From a virus (taxonomy: Duplodnaviria > Caudoviricetes): a DNA stretch of 56,418 bases. The stretch spans positions 1 through 56,418 of the IMG/VR virus record IMGVR_UViG_3300043296_000188, one strand, 5' to 3'. The position numbers and the translations under genes were made by a program. Positions 56,292 to 56,418 of this stretch are shown here, piece after piece (the first letter of the stretch is position 1; each line of letters begins with the position of its first letter). The notes beneath the pieces were generated by a model that worked only from the letters and a program-made list of their open reading frames with translations, did no database searches and was not told the DNA's origin.

Positions 56292-56418
56292 CGGTCAAAT
56301 ACTTGGAATAGCAGAGACTTTGCTGATCAGGTATATTGCTTTGCGGATTGCAGGGGTGATTTGAATTAATGTTTAAAAGATAAACTTAAATTAGAGAAAG
56401 GATAGGATATGGAATACC
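56292..56418. repeat. 127-bp exact terminal direct repeat, copy 2
   Basis: Identical to 1-127. Confidence 0.95.

Noticed and set aside
56292-56418. 127-bp repeat as a biological direct terminal repeat
   Set aside because: Length equals a common assembler k-mer, it cuts through coding sequence, and a P22-like terminase implies headful, circularly permuted packaging
1-56418. Diversity-generating retroelement, CRISPR array, intron/intein or canonical tRNA
   Set aside because: No reverse transcriptase, TR/VR pair, repeat-spacer array, intein motif or complete cloverleaf seen by eye; a computational scan could still find weak cases

Overview
The window is an apparently complete, AT-rich dsDNA tailed-phage genome of 56,291 bp. 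Bases 1-127 recur exactly at 56292-56418, which looks like assembler circularisation overlap. It has a P22-like podovirus morphogenesis module on the minus strand (about 4.2-35 kb): small and large terminase, portal, scaffold, coat, gp4-like adaptor, tail nozzle, ejection proteins including a 2365-aa polyvalent protein, and a beta-helix spike. It also has a plus-strand early island (J-domain protein, N6-MTase/DUF4942-like), a lambdoid-style recombination/replication arm (ERF, YqaJ, initiator with internal iterons, SSB, RusA), a divergent promoter pair with a Cro-like gene, and an M15 endolysin. I recognised no CI repressor, integrase, canonical tRNA, CRISPR array or reverse transcriptase. Most notable observations: (1) two small genes flanking the portal encode twin-arginine (Tat)-like signal peptides fused to miniaturised, spliced-together pieces of the phage's own major capsid protein; (2) a C5-DNA methyltransferase appears to be encoded as two fully overlapping reading frames starting 2 nt apart behind one RBS, with motif IX in the second frame; (3) the tail-nozzle gene appears split, with an adhesin cassette between the halves; (4) a copy of the scaffold C-terminal motif sits on a second head protein; (5) several structured non-coding elements (kissing-loop leader, two tRNA-like three-way junctions, a candidate YezD-linked antiterminator). 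All family assignments come from motif recognition by eye; no database searches were run.
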